Virus record (IMG/VR): IMGVR_UViG_3300028833_000078
Source of the DNA: a virus
Lineage: Duplodnaviria; Caudoviricetes
Length of the DNA stretch: 64,000 nucleotides
Strand: one strand, 5' to 3'
The notes under the pieces were generated by a model, which was given only the letters and a program-made list of their open reading frames with translations, was not told the DNA's origin and ran no database searches. How positions within the stretch are numbered: the stretch's first letter is position 1; each line of letters starts with the position of its first letter. Shown here piece after piece: positions 44,701 through 57,344 of this stretch. A program made the translations under genes and the position numbers.

Positions 44701-47700
44701 TTTAAATTCTCTATTAAATCCGTACCAAAAGCTTTATCTTGAGTTTTTTGTAATTTTTGTAAATCGTTAGTAACAAGCTTAATTTGACTATCTATTTCAT
44801 GGTATCTATCAGCTTCTTTTTCGTAAGGAGTGGATTTTTTAGCCTTTTTTGAAGACCCTCCTCCTCCACTTGATTTTGAGCTTCCTCCTCCTGGAGATCC
44901 TCCTCCAGTATTTCTAGAAGAGTAATTATTTTGTACACTGGTTGCCTTTTTAGTAAAAGATTTAATTTTCGGATGATTACCATCTGTAGTCATCGCAATG
45001 GCATCAACATAATCAACATATTTATATGGTTCTCCAGGATAGGTTTTTGTTTCTCATCCGCTAGGCACTTTCATTGTTGATCCATCTGGCATTGTTACAT
45101 CCATCGAAGGTTTCAATTCTGTTACAGTTCTAGTTCCATGACCAGTTTTTTCTACAGGTTTTTGTTCTGTTTCAAATTCAGTTTCAAAACCCATCGTTTC
45201 AAAGAAGGATTTTGCTTGATCTGCTGTCATATTTGCAGCATTAACAATTTCTTGACATCTATTTATAAAATCTTGTTCAGATTCATCTAATCCATTTAAA
45301 GCAAAATCCATTCCAACTTGAAAATTTGGAATGTCTGCTTGTAAATCTTTTAAATATGTGTTTACTAATCAATCTTTAAATTGTTCAGCTTCGTTTCCGA
45401 CTAATCCATTATCAATGGCAATTTCTAATAAAACCTTTTCCGAAGCAGCCTGTCTTAAATTATTAATAGCCTCTTCGCTACCCTCTGCGGCTTGTTTAAT
45501 TAAATCTGCATTTTTTGCAAAAAAATCACCATCTAAATATTTTTCCGTATCTCCAGATAAATCCAATAAATCTCCAAAAGCATCTCTAATATCTGTTAAT
45601 GCATCAAAATATTCTTGACTTTCAATATTACTTTTCTTTAAAATATCAATTCAATTTTCTTGATTTTTCGCTAATTTATCAATTCCACTATTCATACGAA
45701 TAATAGAATTAGCAACTAAAATTGCTGATTTTGCATCATATTTTAAAGAATCTGCAAGATCATTACTACCATCTGCAGCCTCTTCTGCCCCGTCTGCAAT
45801 ATCCATTAAATGTCTCGCATAATTTTTAATTTCTTCACTTTGCTCTTCAAGTTTCTTTTTAGATAAGCCTTCAGGCAAAGTATCTTGAATATTAGCGAAT
45901 TCATTTTCAATAGCTGCGTCAATATCTCAAGGTAAATCTCTAATAGACTCTTGAATTTTTAATCCTACTTTTTCTGCGCTTTCTCCACCAAATTCTTCTA
46001 ATGCCTGGTCACTTAAACCAAATAATTTTGCAACATCTTCTGGAGCCATTTGAGAAATTTGTTCTACTTCATTTGGATCAATTTTTCCAACTAAAGAAGA
46101 TAAATCAAGTTTTTCTTTATTCGGATCGCTTAAATAATTTAATGCTGATTGAGAAAAATCTGCTCCAAATTTTTCTCCGCCTTGTTTTCCTTGCTCAATT
46201 AAATTATCTAATAGCTGAGCATTTTGTTCTCTATAAGATTCAGCAATTCTATCTGTTCGAGCATCTCTATATTCCATTCCAACAGTTTCAGTAATATTTT
46301 TTCTAACTGTCCCTCGCTTTTCTGCTGAACTTACATCAACCAGTACGTTTCCTTGAGTATCGACATATTTTCCTTTTTCAAAAGTAGCTTGACTTAAATC
46401 TATATTATTTAATTTAGCCCATGCTTCAGCGAGTTGTTGATCACTATCTAATTTAGAATACCCTAATCTTTCTTGAATCTCTTTTTCAGACATTCCAATG
46501 TCGCCTAAAATATCTGTAACTAAAGTATTTTTATTATTTCCTCATTCTTTACTTCAAAGTTCCGCATTATCAGCTAAATTTTTACTACCCTCTCCATTTC
46601 AATTTTGATACCATTTTAAAAAATTATTTTCATCTCGATCAGCACGTTTTCTTTCTATAAATTGTTCTTCACTTTTTGCATTATTTAATAAATTTAAAAC
46701 CTGATCTACTTCTCCTTGATTAGAAAGAGATTCAGAAAAATGCTCTCCATATTTATTTCTTAAATCTATTAAATTTATTTCTTTGGCATATCTTTTTTGT
46801 GCCTCTACCATCTCTTCGGTTTCAGAAACTAAAGATTTAAAGGCACTAACTTGTTCTCCAATACTATCTGCTAAAATTTGAAAATCATTATTATCTGAAA
46901 ATTTTTCTTTAATTCATTTAGCAAATTCATCCCCGCTTTGAGTTATTTTACTATAATCTAACTCATTACGCTGTTTTACTGCTTGCAATGCTGCAACGAT
47001 TTTTTCCGTGTCAGTATTAGATAATCCTTTTGTATTTTTTGCTGCAGCCATACTTAATGAAGTTCCTAACGTTACAGGATTATAAGTTAAAATATTTGTC
47101 AAAACATCTCTTAACATTCCCTGGCCGTCTAAAGCTAGGCCCACCGAACGAGATGTATTAGTAGTATTAGATGTTAAACGCTTTTGATTATATTGTTCTT
47201 GAGCTAAATATTTTTGTCTCTCAAAAGAACTAGCCGCTGCGTTTGCTCTTGTTTGAGCATCTTTTAACGCCTGTTCATCAATTTTAATTAAACCATCTTC
47301 ATAAGTATAATTATCATATAAATTATGTGTTTCAATTAATTTTTTAGCTTCTTCATTAGCTTTTTCTAAAGCCTTTGTATATTCTTCTGTCCCTTTTCTT
47401 AAATCTTTTAAAGCACCAATAGCATCATTATAATTAGAAATTGATTGTTTTAAATTATCTGCAGCTTCTTTTGCTTTATTATAACTTTCTGTAACAAGCT
47501 TTAAATTTTCCCCTGCTGCTTTTGCGGCATCAGCGTCGGCATTCCAAGCTTTTATTCCTAGGTAAACTGCAGCTGTAACCAATGCTAACGCTGCCGCAAC
47601 TCCAAGAATAATTGGTAAAATTGGAGCTAAAGCAGTCCATAGTGCAGCTCCTCAAGAGCCTGTAGCAAGTGTATTTGCCATTGTTCCTTTTTCTACCAAA

Positions 47701-50186
47701 CCTAAACCAACAGAAATTGCTCCAAGAGTTTTAGGTAAAGAAATTATCATAGGAATTGCAGTAGTTAATAACCCAATCGCAACAGGAACAATTCTACTAA
47801 TTTTATCTTCTAATGATAAAGAATCATCATTAATTGTCTTTATAATTCCAGAAATCGCAGTAATAGATGCAACCAAAGAAGAAATTAATTTAACACTTTC
47901 TTGAATTGCTATCTGTCTTGTTTTTTGTTGTTCTATCTGATTTAAATATTCTTCTTGAGCAGCATTTCTTTCTTTAATTTTTTGAAGCTCTCCCGATTCT
48001 TCAGCTTGTCGAGCTTCAATCGCTTGATTAATTTTTTGTTCTGTATCAACCTGATGATCAAGTTCTGTGTCAATTCGTTGAATAGTATTTCCAACTATAT
48101 TGGCAGTCCCCTCAACATCTTTTGTCCCACTAATAACAGTATTCATAATAAGATCGACCTGATCTTTAGTAAGTCCAAGCTGTTGAATTGCTTCTGGAGT
48201 TAAAATTTTTGTTAATTCATCAAAACGACTTTCTGAAGATCCAGAGTCATCATATAATATACTAAGTAATTCTTCTCCTACAGTTCTTTGTTGCTGTAAT
48301 TGTTTTATTTGAGCTTTATATTCTACGCTCTTTTTTTGTAATGTATTTAAACTAATATTTTCAGTATTAAATATTTCTTTTATATTTTTTTTATAATTTT
48401 CAAGCTGAGTAATACGCTCTTTATCAAGGCCCATTTGTTTTTGCATTGTTGTTAATTGTGCATATTCCTCATCTGTTAAAGCTTTCTTGATATTTAAAAT
48501 TCGTTGAGCAACATCAGCTTCAGTTTTTACACGTTCAGAATCACTATCTAATTTTACTCCTTGCTTAGCGTAGTCTTGCAAAATAGTTGAAGTCAATTCT
48601 TCTTTAACTTTTGCAGCATCTAAATTCGCTTTAAAAGCTTCTATATTCTCAATTTGAGTTTCAATTCCTCGACCAATTTGTTCACTAAATACATTTGCCA
48701 AAGTAGAACCAAAAAATAAAACTGCATTAGTTCCACCACCAAGGCCTTCAAGAAAATTATTAAACACTCCTAATAATCCAGTTAATGAATCTGAAAATCC
48801 ATTAACCACATCCATATCAAAAAGTGTATTATAAGTTCTTTCTGCTTCAGTTTTTAATTTTTGTAAATGCGCTGCTGTGCTTTGCATATAAATATCTTGT
48901 TCTTTTTGTAATTCACCTGCTGCATTACGAGAAGTCTCTAGTGTTTTGGTATACATATCCCAGTTATCCATTAATGCAATTAAACGAGAATATTGCATCT
49001 TGCCACCAATAGCAACTGCAGCAGCTTGCTGTTGTGCTTGCGTTAAAGTTTGCCATTTTGCAGCAAGATCTTCAATAATATTTCCCATATTACGCATATT
49101 ACCTTGTTGATCAAGCACTTTAACACCAATTGCATCTAATTGACTAGAAACTTTCCCAAGACCAATTCCATCTTCGTCTAAACCACCAAGCTTTAAATCA
49201 CCCATTCTTGCAAACAATGTCCTAAATGAAGTACCAATTGTTTCTGGCGCTTCTCTTGTTACTGATACTACAGTAGCAAGCATTGCATTCATCTGATCTA
49301 TATCTACACCAGCATTATTAGCCGCTGATGCAACTTTACTCATACCTACACTTAATTCATTCAAATCTGCGGCGGTTTCTGCTGCAACCTTTGCAAGCTT
49401 ATCAATATAAAGCTCTGCTTCATCTGCACTAACTTTATAACCATTCCATACTGCAGTTAATTGTTCAGAAACATCTGCGGTCGCCTGCGCAGTAACATTT
49501 GCCGCTTTAATAGTAACATCAGTTCTAGCCTTTACTTCCTCATCTGATAAACCTTGTTGGAAATAAATTAATGAAGCTTCAGTATAATCTCTTGTTGAAG
49601 CTCCCATAGCTTTTGCCGCCCTATTGGCTTGAATTGCAAATTTTGCCATATCATTAGCAGATTTGTCTGTAACAATACGAATATCATTTAACGATTTATC
49701 TAATTGTACTGAAAAATCATAAGCTCTAGATATTTCATTTGCCATTCTATTAAAAACACTTGAAGAAATACCATATCTTACAGTATTTGAAAAAGTAGTT
49801 GCCATATCATTTAATAGCTTACTACTTTTCTTAATATGTAAATTCGTATTTAAGACTTGGCTAGCAAAACCATTAAAAGCTCTTGTTCCTGCATCTCCGC
49901 ATTGAGTTAATGCGGTTTTTAACTGTCCAACAGACCCATAAGTTGAATTAATTGCATCTTTCATTTTATTTAAATTCAACTGACCAAGTTCACTATTCCA
50001 AGCTTTATGTAAAATTCCTTTTAACTGGCTTGCTGCAGTTGCCGCAGATTGTAATTCTTTATTCATTTCTGCGCCAGGCTCTTTCGCAGCATTGGTGATC
50101 TCAGTTAACATCTTTTTAACTTGATCTAAGCCATTTTTATCAGGAACAAAACCTAATTCTCATACCAATCTTTTATCGGATGCCAT
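41706..50186 (-). CDS. tape measure protein (~2826 aa, about 20 TGA=Trp)
   Basis: Twelve track ORFs share one frame. TP901-type TMP core (LNDIRIVT...ETIGTSFRTLFAR...GGKMQYSRLIALMDNW), hydrophobic segments, coiled coils, C-terminal YDTGGYTGS(W)G...LHQKELVLN. Confidence 0.9.
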
Positions 50187-50237
50187 AGTCTTACTACCTC
50201 CTTTTCTCTCTATCTATATAATATTATTTTACATAAT

Positions 50238-50280
50238 AAAAAAATCCTTTATTATCATAAAAATATGATAATAAAGGATA
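50238..50280 (-). terminator. long AT-rich hairpin/terminator upstream of the tape measure gene
   Basis: ATCCTTTATTATCATA / TATGATAATAAAGGAT 16-bp perfect inverted repeat followed by a T-run on the - strand. Confidence 0.7.
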
Positions 50281-50301
50281 CCAAATTAATTTAAATTGAC
50301 C

Positions 50302-50838
50302 TTATTCAATTTCTCTTCCACCATTTGCAGCTTTTGCAAAATCAACCACTGCTTGATATTTTTGAGGATCAAAATTATCAATTATTTCTTTTAAGTTTTC
50401 AGCTTGCGCAGGTAACTCTTTAAATAAATTATAAATTACTCCTGCAGCAGTAGTATTATAAGTCATTTCTAAACGTTTTTGTAATTCTATGTATTTAATT
50501 AAATCATCATATTCTTCTTCATTAAATACTTCAATCATTTTTGCGAAAAATCCATTACTTTGTAAAGCATCATAAAGTTTTGCTTCATCTTCTTTTTGTT
50601 TATCTGTAAAAGTAATATTTGTATATAAATAAACTAAATACAAATCAAAATACATATCTAATTTTAATTCATTATAAATATTATCCTCTTTTGCTTTTTG
50701 CAAAGCGATAGAAATTAAATCATATTTTTCATCTATTGGTAAATATTGTTTTACTTCAATAGTAACTCCATTAAAATCAAAAGTCTTTACTTCCTCTTTT
50801 GGTTTTAATTTTAAACTTGTATAAGTAACTTTACTCAT
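50302..50838 (-). CDS. hypothetical protein, possibly a tail assembly chaperone
   Basis: IEVKQYLPI...YTNITFT; lies just before the TMP; has its own TGGACT-17-TATAAT promoter at 50889-50861. Confidence 0.6.
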   Translation of the reverse strand: MSKVTYTSLKLKPKEEVKTFDFNGVTIEVKQYLPIDEKYDLISIALQKAKEDNIYNELKLDMYFDLYLVYLYTNITFTDKQKEDEAKLYDALQSNGFFAKMIEVFNEEEYDDLIKYIELQKRLEMTYNTTAAGVIYNLFKELPAQAENLKEIIDNFDPQKYQAVVDFAKAANGGREIE

Positions 50839-50879
50839 CCTTTTATCTCCTCCTTAATATATTATACTAAAATTTTTAT

Positions 50880-52181
50880 TTAAAGTCCAGTTTTATAACT
50901 AACTTGTAAATTTTTTTGATGCAATTGCATTAGAATATGAACAATACGATCTTGATAAGTTTTATTAAAAGTATTTTTTAATCTAATATTTAAAATACTT
51001 GGAGTAATTTTTATATTTTCTAATTCTTTAAATAAAATTTCTTTAGTTGATTTAACTATAACATCTCCTGTCGTACGATTCATAACAACAAAAACATTTG
51101 CTTGACTAGCTCCTTCTTTTAAAGGATTTCCTCCTACTAATGCTTCATAAGCAACTTCAAATTGAAGAACATTATTTGCGATATTACTAGTTTCATTTTT
51201 AATAATTCTTCCTGCATGACAATTTAATCAATGATTTCCATAATTTCCTTCTTCACTTAATTTTATTAATGCAGGAAATAAAGATACTTGTCCCTGTAAT
51301 GCTACTCTTGATGGATTAGCATAATTTTTAACTGATGCTAAAACATCTTCTTTATTTAATTCCATACTAACATCAACTTTATCTGGAGAACTTCCTAAAA
51401 TATATTTTGTTCCAGTTTCATCCATATGTATATAATTAGATAAATTTTTTGCAATCAAATTTTTATCAAAACTAATTACAGATGTTTTTTGTCCAACTAT
51501 TCTGGACAAAATTTCATTAATTGTATTATTTACATTATTATCTATCGCATCTCCACAAGCAGCAACAAACATTTCTCCAAAAGCTCCTGATAAATTTGAA
51601 ATTCAAGTATAATAAGTAAAATTATCAATATCTTCTTGAATTTCTCCTAAAGCAGATTTTTTCCCAGCTAATCGTTTATATAAAGTACTAACTTCTTTTA
51701 TATCTGCTTGAGAGGCTTGCCCTTTAATTCCATCAATTTGAATTTTATCCAATAATTTGTTTATTCGTTCTACTAGGCTTTTCTTTTGCAATAATTTTTC
51801 TTTAGTTAAAGCTTTCTTTTTTAAATTTTGATAATCACCTGAATAAGCTCAACCTCCACCTACTTTAGCATTCCCTTGATATCATCCTAAAACCGCCGCA
51901 GTAGATTGCTCTGCCAATTTTTCATAGATTAAATCTACCATTTTTTGAAAAATTTTTTCACTTTCTTGTTTATCTTTATTATTTTGAATTGTGTTATCTT
52001 TTGATAACCTTTGTTTTAATAAAGCTATTGTTTCATTGCTTAATTCCTTAATAGCAGAACTACGTTTTTTCTTAAAATTTTGATAACTTGATATAGCATC
52101 AAACTGGTCTTTTTTTGTCGTTCCATATTTCAAATAATTTTCAGTTTTTAAATGTATATAATCTCCTAAAGCCCCCATCAA
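50880..52181 (-). CDS. hypothetical tail-region protein (TGA=Trp)
   Basis: Four track ORFs share one frame joined by TGA. Confidence 0.65.
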
Positions 52182-52207
52182 TTACCAACTCACTTTCTAA
52201 TTTTAAA

Positions 52208-52238
52208 TAAAAAAAATAGAGGGGATTACTCCCCTCTT
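52208..52238 (-). terminator. intrinsic terminator after the major tail gene
   Basis: AGAGGGGA-GTAA-TCCCCTCT followed by a T-run on the - strand. Confidence 0.8.
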
Positions 52239-52243
52239 AAAAA

Positions 52244-53203
52244 CTAAATTGAAACTTCTCCACTTAAAGCTGTAGAATCACTTCCTGTATTTTCTTCTGG
52301 ATCATATCCAAGAGATTCAGGAATTTCAAATCCTGCTAAGTGAGGCATTACACTCTTTCTAACAACCTCTGATTCATCTGTTTCTTCAATAACTTGAATT
52401 ACGCAAAGCACTTTCTTTGTTCTATCAAAGTAAGTATATCCTGGGAAAGCATCCATTGTAAATGTAAATGTAGATGGATCACCAGTAGAAGCCATTGAGA
52501 ATGTAAAGTTAGATTGAATCTTAACATTAGGTAGAGTAATTTCTGCAGGCATATCTTTACCTGTTGATTGGTCTCTAAATAATGTAGCAGCTTCAACATA
52601 ATAGTATCCAGCGAAGTTTTCAGCATCAATTTGAATTTCAGAAATTTTAGATGATGTTTTAACTACATAATAATCAACAAATACAACTTTGCCATAATAA
52701 GCAGCAGTTGCTCCTGTTAAAGATTTTCCATCTCCTGCGACAGTTAATCCTGATAAAAGTTCTCCTGTTACAGATCCATCGTCTTCAGCAAGAGATACAA
52801 ATACTGGAGCTGTTCCATCAATTGAATCATTTCCTAAAATATCTGCTAAATCAATTTTACCAGCGTTATCAACATAAGCTTGAGATGTTGTATGTACATG
52901 AACTTGATCATTATCTGTTCCTTTAATAAGTCCAGCACCTGATAAAACTGAAAAACCAATAGGAGAAAGTAATGCGTCTTCAACTGTAAATGTTAAAGTT
53001 TTTTCACCTTCCCATGCAATTAATCTAGTATTACCACGTCCACCTGTTGCATATACTGTTGTAGCAGCACCTTCAAGTGTTGATGTTTTAGCTGTATCGA
53101 TATATAAAACTGGTTGGCCTCTTCTGAAAACCTTGTTACCAATTTTAACGTCTGTTTTTGCCTTAAAAACTACGTCACATATCTCACGAACACCAAATTT
53201 CAT
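52244..53203 (-). CDS. major tail tube protein
   Basis: KFGVREICDV, YATGGRGN, FTVEDAL, FSMASTGDPSTFTFTMD; position and own terminator. Confidence 0.8.
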   Translation of the reverse strand: MKFGVREICDVVFKAKTDVKIGNKVFRRGQPVLYIDTAKTSTLEGAATTVYATGGRGNTRLIAWEGEKTLTFTVEDALLSPIGFSVLSGAGLIKGTDNDQVHVHTTSQAYVDNAGKIDLADILGNDSIDGTAPVFVSLAEDDGSVTGELLSGLTVAGDGKSLTGATAAYYGKVVFVDYYVVKTSSKISEIQIDAENFAGYYYVEAATLFRDQSTGKDMPAEITLPNVKIQSNFTFSMASTGDPSTFTFTMDAFPGYTYFDRTKKVLCVIQVIEETDESEVVRKSVMPHLAGFEIPESLGYDPEENTGSDSTALSGEVSI

Positions 53204-53274
53204 AGGTTTTTCCTCCTCTTTAAAATTTTATATTTAATATTACTTTATTAAATCCTTGTTCCTCTTTCTAAAAA

Positions 53275-54033
53275 TTAATTTTCATCTTCCATTGAAGAAA
53301 GACGTTCCATTCAATTCTTAGGTTCTGTTAAATTTTGCGCTCCTGCCATTTTAGCTTCAAAATAGAGGTCGTATGAAGCCTTTAGCTCATAGCGCCTAAA
53401 TTCATCAAACAACTGATAAACTGTATAATTCATTAAAGAATTTAAATCTTTATGTTCCCCAACTGCAAGAATTGAAACATAACGACTAAAAATATCAATT
53501 TTCTTTTCAGATTCTGACATTTGCTGTTTTCGTTTATTACGTTCTTCAATACCCTGTCTAATCTTTTTTGCAATAGACTGAGCCATTTTCCCGCTTGGAT
53601 TGTAATTTTTATTAAAACCCACATTTTCTAAACTAAACATTTTAAAAACAATATCTTGAAAGTTTTGAAAATTTTTACTATTAATTTCATATTTTTCTTT
53701 TCCTTTAGTAAGTACAATAGACTTATCTAAAGAAATAATATAGTCAGGAAATATAAGACTTAATACCATTTCCATACATGCTTTATTTTGTTGTACGATG
53801 GCACTTTTGTCCTTCATTATTGACATTAATATATCAAAATCTGTTAAATTCTCTAAACGATTTCTGTCCTCTTCATTTAAACTATTTTTTGAAAATCTTA
53901 AAAATTCTATTCCAGTATAAAAAGCTTGTTCCCCAATATAAGAAATTTCTTTAATGGTTGGCTGATGTAAAACAACTTGAGCTTCTGGAAAAGGTATATC
54001 TACTCCAGAAAGAAATATCAAATCGTTATCCAT
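53275..54033 (-). CDS. tail assembly chaperone-like protein (TGA=Trp)
   Basis: LHQPTIKEI...MNYTVYQL...AKMAGA...KN(W)M; ends TAA 53277. Confidence 0.6.
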
Positions 54034-54034
54034 A

Positions 54035-54622
54035 CTATTCTTCCTCTAAAGGAATAATATCATCAGTGCCATGAACAGCTCTATAAGTTAAAGTATAACC
54101 ACTAAGATTTTCATCTAAAATTAATTCACTTGCCCCTAAGAAATCAAAAGTACCAATACCAGATAGTCTAGCCTTATTTAAAATCCCATCAATATATCCA
54201 GCAATTTTAAGCGGTCTTATTTGATAATTATCCATTTCTCAATAATCTGTATGACAAATTATATCAAAAGTAACGGTACAATCTCTAAAAAATGGATTAG
54301 TTTCATTTACTGTGAAATTATCAAAAGAAAGAATAATATAGGATTTAACTTCTTCATGTTCTGGCATTCTTATTTTTGGAGATAATTTAATATATCCTTC
54401 TTTGCGTAACTTGCTTAAAGAAGTGTTTTCAACTATCTCTTTATATTTAGTACTTGTTTCATTAGTTAAGCAATCAGGCATATTTATAACTAAAAGTCTT
54501 TTTAAAATATCGCTATGTGGTCGACATTCAATAAATAATTTTTTTAAAATTGTTTCAGCATCTTTATCACAAGATAAAAATGATGATTGAATTCCACCGG
54601 TCATTACTGTATCTCTAACCAT
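54035..54622 (-). CDS. tail terminator/completion-like protein (TGA=Trp)
   Basis: FDIICHTDY(W)EMDNYQIRP; two track ORFs in frame; neck-module position. Confidence 0.6.
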
Positions 54623-54633
54623 AAATACACCTC

Positions 54634-55734
54634 CTATAATGAACCAATTTCAATGGTTAAGCCTTCAATATGACCATTTCCATCAATATAAGTTAATATA
54701 AAATTACCTTTTCTGCTTGTAATTATTTCTAAAATAATTTCTGTGCTATTTTTATTTATGATTTTTACTTTCTTATTATCACTAATTTTTCAATCTCCAT
54801 TATGTTCTCCCTCAAGATAAAATCTTGCTCTATCATAAGGATAAACTAATGTAGGACCTTGTATTAAGCTATTATCTTCACTTTCTTCTTTCACCAATGC
54901 AACAGTCTCTCCTTGAACTTCATACTCAATTGTTTGAGCATTTTCAGAAGGAGTTTCTTCAGGAATTTTCCATACATCTACAGTTTTTTCTTCTTGACTT
55001 GCTTCATCTTCTAAAGTATTTTGATAATATTCTTTTAATTGAATAGTAAGAATTCCTGGATTACTTAAATAATCAACAGCTTGTACTTCATAAGGCTTTC
55101 CTTCAACTTTTATTTTAGTAAACCTATGAAAAAATTCTTCAGTCTCTGCATTTCTAGTTACATACATTTCTATCTGATAATTTAAATCATTTCAAGATTC
55201 ACCTTTTTTAGTATGCCATTCAATAGAAAGCTGATCTGGACCTTTAATATAAACTTTATATTTATTTCCATTAATATCTACTTCATGATAGCATCTGCGG
55301 CATTCGCCTCTAAAATAAGCATATTCTTCTACATGTTGGAGATAAATCAATCAGAATGATTGATTTTCTTTTCATTCGAAAACATCTCCTGCGGTAACCC
55401 CGGTCTCTTCTTCCCCGTCCGAGGTCTTGCCTTTTCTTTCTGGCATAACTTCATATCTTATTGGATTATTATTTTCATCAAACCCATCTACCATTTGTCC
55501 AACACAAATATCTTTAAATGGAATTGAAATAATTTTTTCATCATAGGTATTTTTTAATTTATTAGGGTTCATTAAACAACGGAACTCTCTTCCATCTGCT
55601 AATATAGCAGTTCCAGCTTGATAGCTATAAATTAAAGCTTTCTTTAAAGTTTTTAATTTATCTTCTATCATTCGACCTTGTTGCTGAAAACCGCCCATAG
55701 CATTAAGTCTAATTCCCAATGTCTCTATTGACAT
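54634..55734 (-). CDS. head closure/stopper-like protein (TGA=Trp)
   Basis: GDVFE(W)...(W)LIY...YFRGECRRC; two track ORFs in frame; ends TAG 54636. Confidence 0.6.
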
Positions 55735-56033
55735 TTTTTCATTATACTATTTGCTAAACTAAGGCATTCAAATATGGTTCTTCTATATTGAAAAAAATCA
55801 TTTTCCTCAGTTAAAGTAAATAGCCCTTCTAATTTACATAATAAACAAAAGAATGTTTCATGTTGGTCGACTAGCAATCTATCCATTCCCGCAAACTCTT
55901 CAATAATAGTTTGTAAAGGAGCTTTTCAATCAAGTCCTTCCTCTCTATTAGGAAGTAATTTATATGTTTGGTTTATCAATCTCTTTATGTTTACCGCAAG
56001 AGTTGTTTTATCTATATTTAAATCATACTTCAT
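55725..56033 (-). CDS. neck-region hypothetical protein (TGA=Trp)
   Basis: GAGGAG RBS; LINQTYKLLPNREE...LCKLEGL...YRRTIFEC. Confidence 0.6.
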
Positions 56034-56034
56034 A

Positions 56035-56649
56035 TTAAAACTCCTCTCATGGCAATTCAGCCGGTTCTTCAGGTTCATCTGGATTTCAATCGAAAAAGTC
56101 TTGAGCAGATTTTTCCATGATAATCCCCATGGTTGAACGCGGAATTCCATCTTCATCTGGAGCCCTTCTCTTATATAATCTTTGTAAATGAAATCCTTCC
56201 CTTTCATAATCTCTCTTTAGAGCTAGTAATTTTTGCATATGATTTGCTTGAGATGTAAATTTAAAATCAGAACCACTATATTTCATTCTAGTATTTTCAA
56301 CACTAGCTAATTGTTGTCCTAACCATTCTACAATCATATAGGTTGTAATAATATTAATTTCTTCTCAAGTCAAAACAATATTAAAGTATCCACCTGCAAA
56401 AATATAGCATGGAACTTCAACATTATTACTTTCTACTCCTTGATAAGTTTCAACTTCATCTATTTCTTCATCATAATAATCATTGATATTTTTTCTTGGA
56501 AACTCAAACTTATGAATTGCATTTACCATTAATTCATGTAATAGTTTATAAGTTTGTAATTCATCCAATTCCATATACATATCACTAGTTATTTTTGATA
56601 AAAAATTATCATATAATAAAGAGAAAGGTGTAGTATTAGTTTTCCCCAT
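56035..56649 (-). CDS. head-tail adaptor-like protein (TGA=Trp x3)
   Basis: TPFSLLYDNFLSKIT...LT(W)EEINII..MIVEWL...DFKFTSQANH. Confidence 0.65.
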
Positions 56650-56666
56650 ATTACACCTCATTTCAT

Positions 56667-57233
56667 CTATTTCTTTACTGTTATTACCGGAGCTTTTCTA
56701 TCTCCTTTTGCTGTTACTTTAATAGGCTCACTTTTTCTTCCAGTCTTAACTTTATTATTTTCTTCTTCTCCTTCTGTAGAAGCTTCATTTACCATAATAG
56801 CTGCGCTAACATCAAAATTTAAAATCTTTTTAATTGCATTTCTTTTTGCAAGATCATTTAATTTTGTCTCAACCGCAGTTTTCTTGATTAATTCAAGAAC
56901 TCCATCTGGGGCATAACGAAGGCAGTCTTCTAATTGTTCTACTGTTCCCTCTGGTGAAAGTAAAATTTTAACTTCATCTTCTGAATAATAATATTCAGGT
57001 TGAACTTCTCCAAGTAATTCTGCTACTGCTTCTTCATTATCTAATTTTAAATAGTTTGTTAAAATACGCTTTCCGCCAGGAATCCAAGATAATTTTTCTA
57101 ACTCTTCAAAAGTAAGAGTCTTAGTTTCTCCTGCGGAAAATCTTCTATAAAGATTATTAAGATCTGGAATAATGTAACCTACTGATCCACTATCTCTATT
57201 TGTAACTTTTATTAAAGTCTTTTTATCAATCAT
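56667..57233 (-). CDS. hypothetical protein downstream of the major capsid gene
   Basis: Intact ORF with an AGGAG RBS. Confidence 0.65.
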   Translation of the reverse strand: MIDKKTLIKVTNRDSGSVGYIIPDLNNLYRRFSAGETKTLTFEELEKLSWIPGGKRILTNYLKLDNEEAVAELLGEVQPEYYYSEDEVKILLSPEGTVEQLEDCLRYAPDGVLELIKKTAVETKLNDLAKRNAIKKILNFDVSAAIMVNEASTEGEEENNKVKTGRKSEPIKVTAKGDRKAPVITVKK

Positions 57234-57265
57234 AAATATCTCTCCTTTTATCTCCTTTTTATATA

Positions 57266-57325
57266 TAAAAAAAATGGGAGAATCAAAATTATTAATTCAT
57301 ATTAACTTTCATTTTGATTCTCCCC
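57266..57325 (-). terminator. long hairpin terminator after the major capsid gene
   Basis: GGGAGAATCAAAAT / ATTTTGATTCTCCC 14-bp stem followed by a T-run on the - strand. Confidence 0.7.
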
Positions 57326-57344
57326 AAACGGACTTATCTATAAA

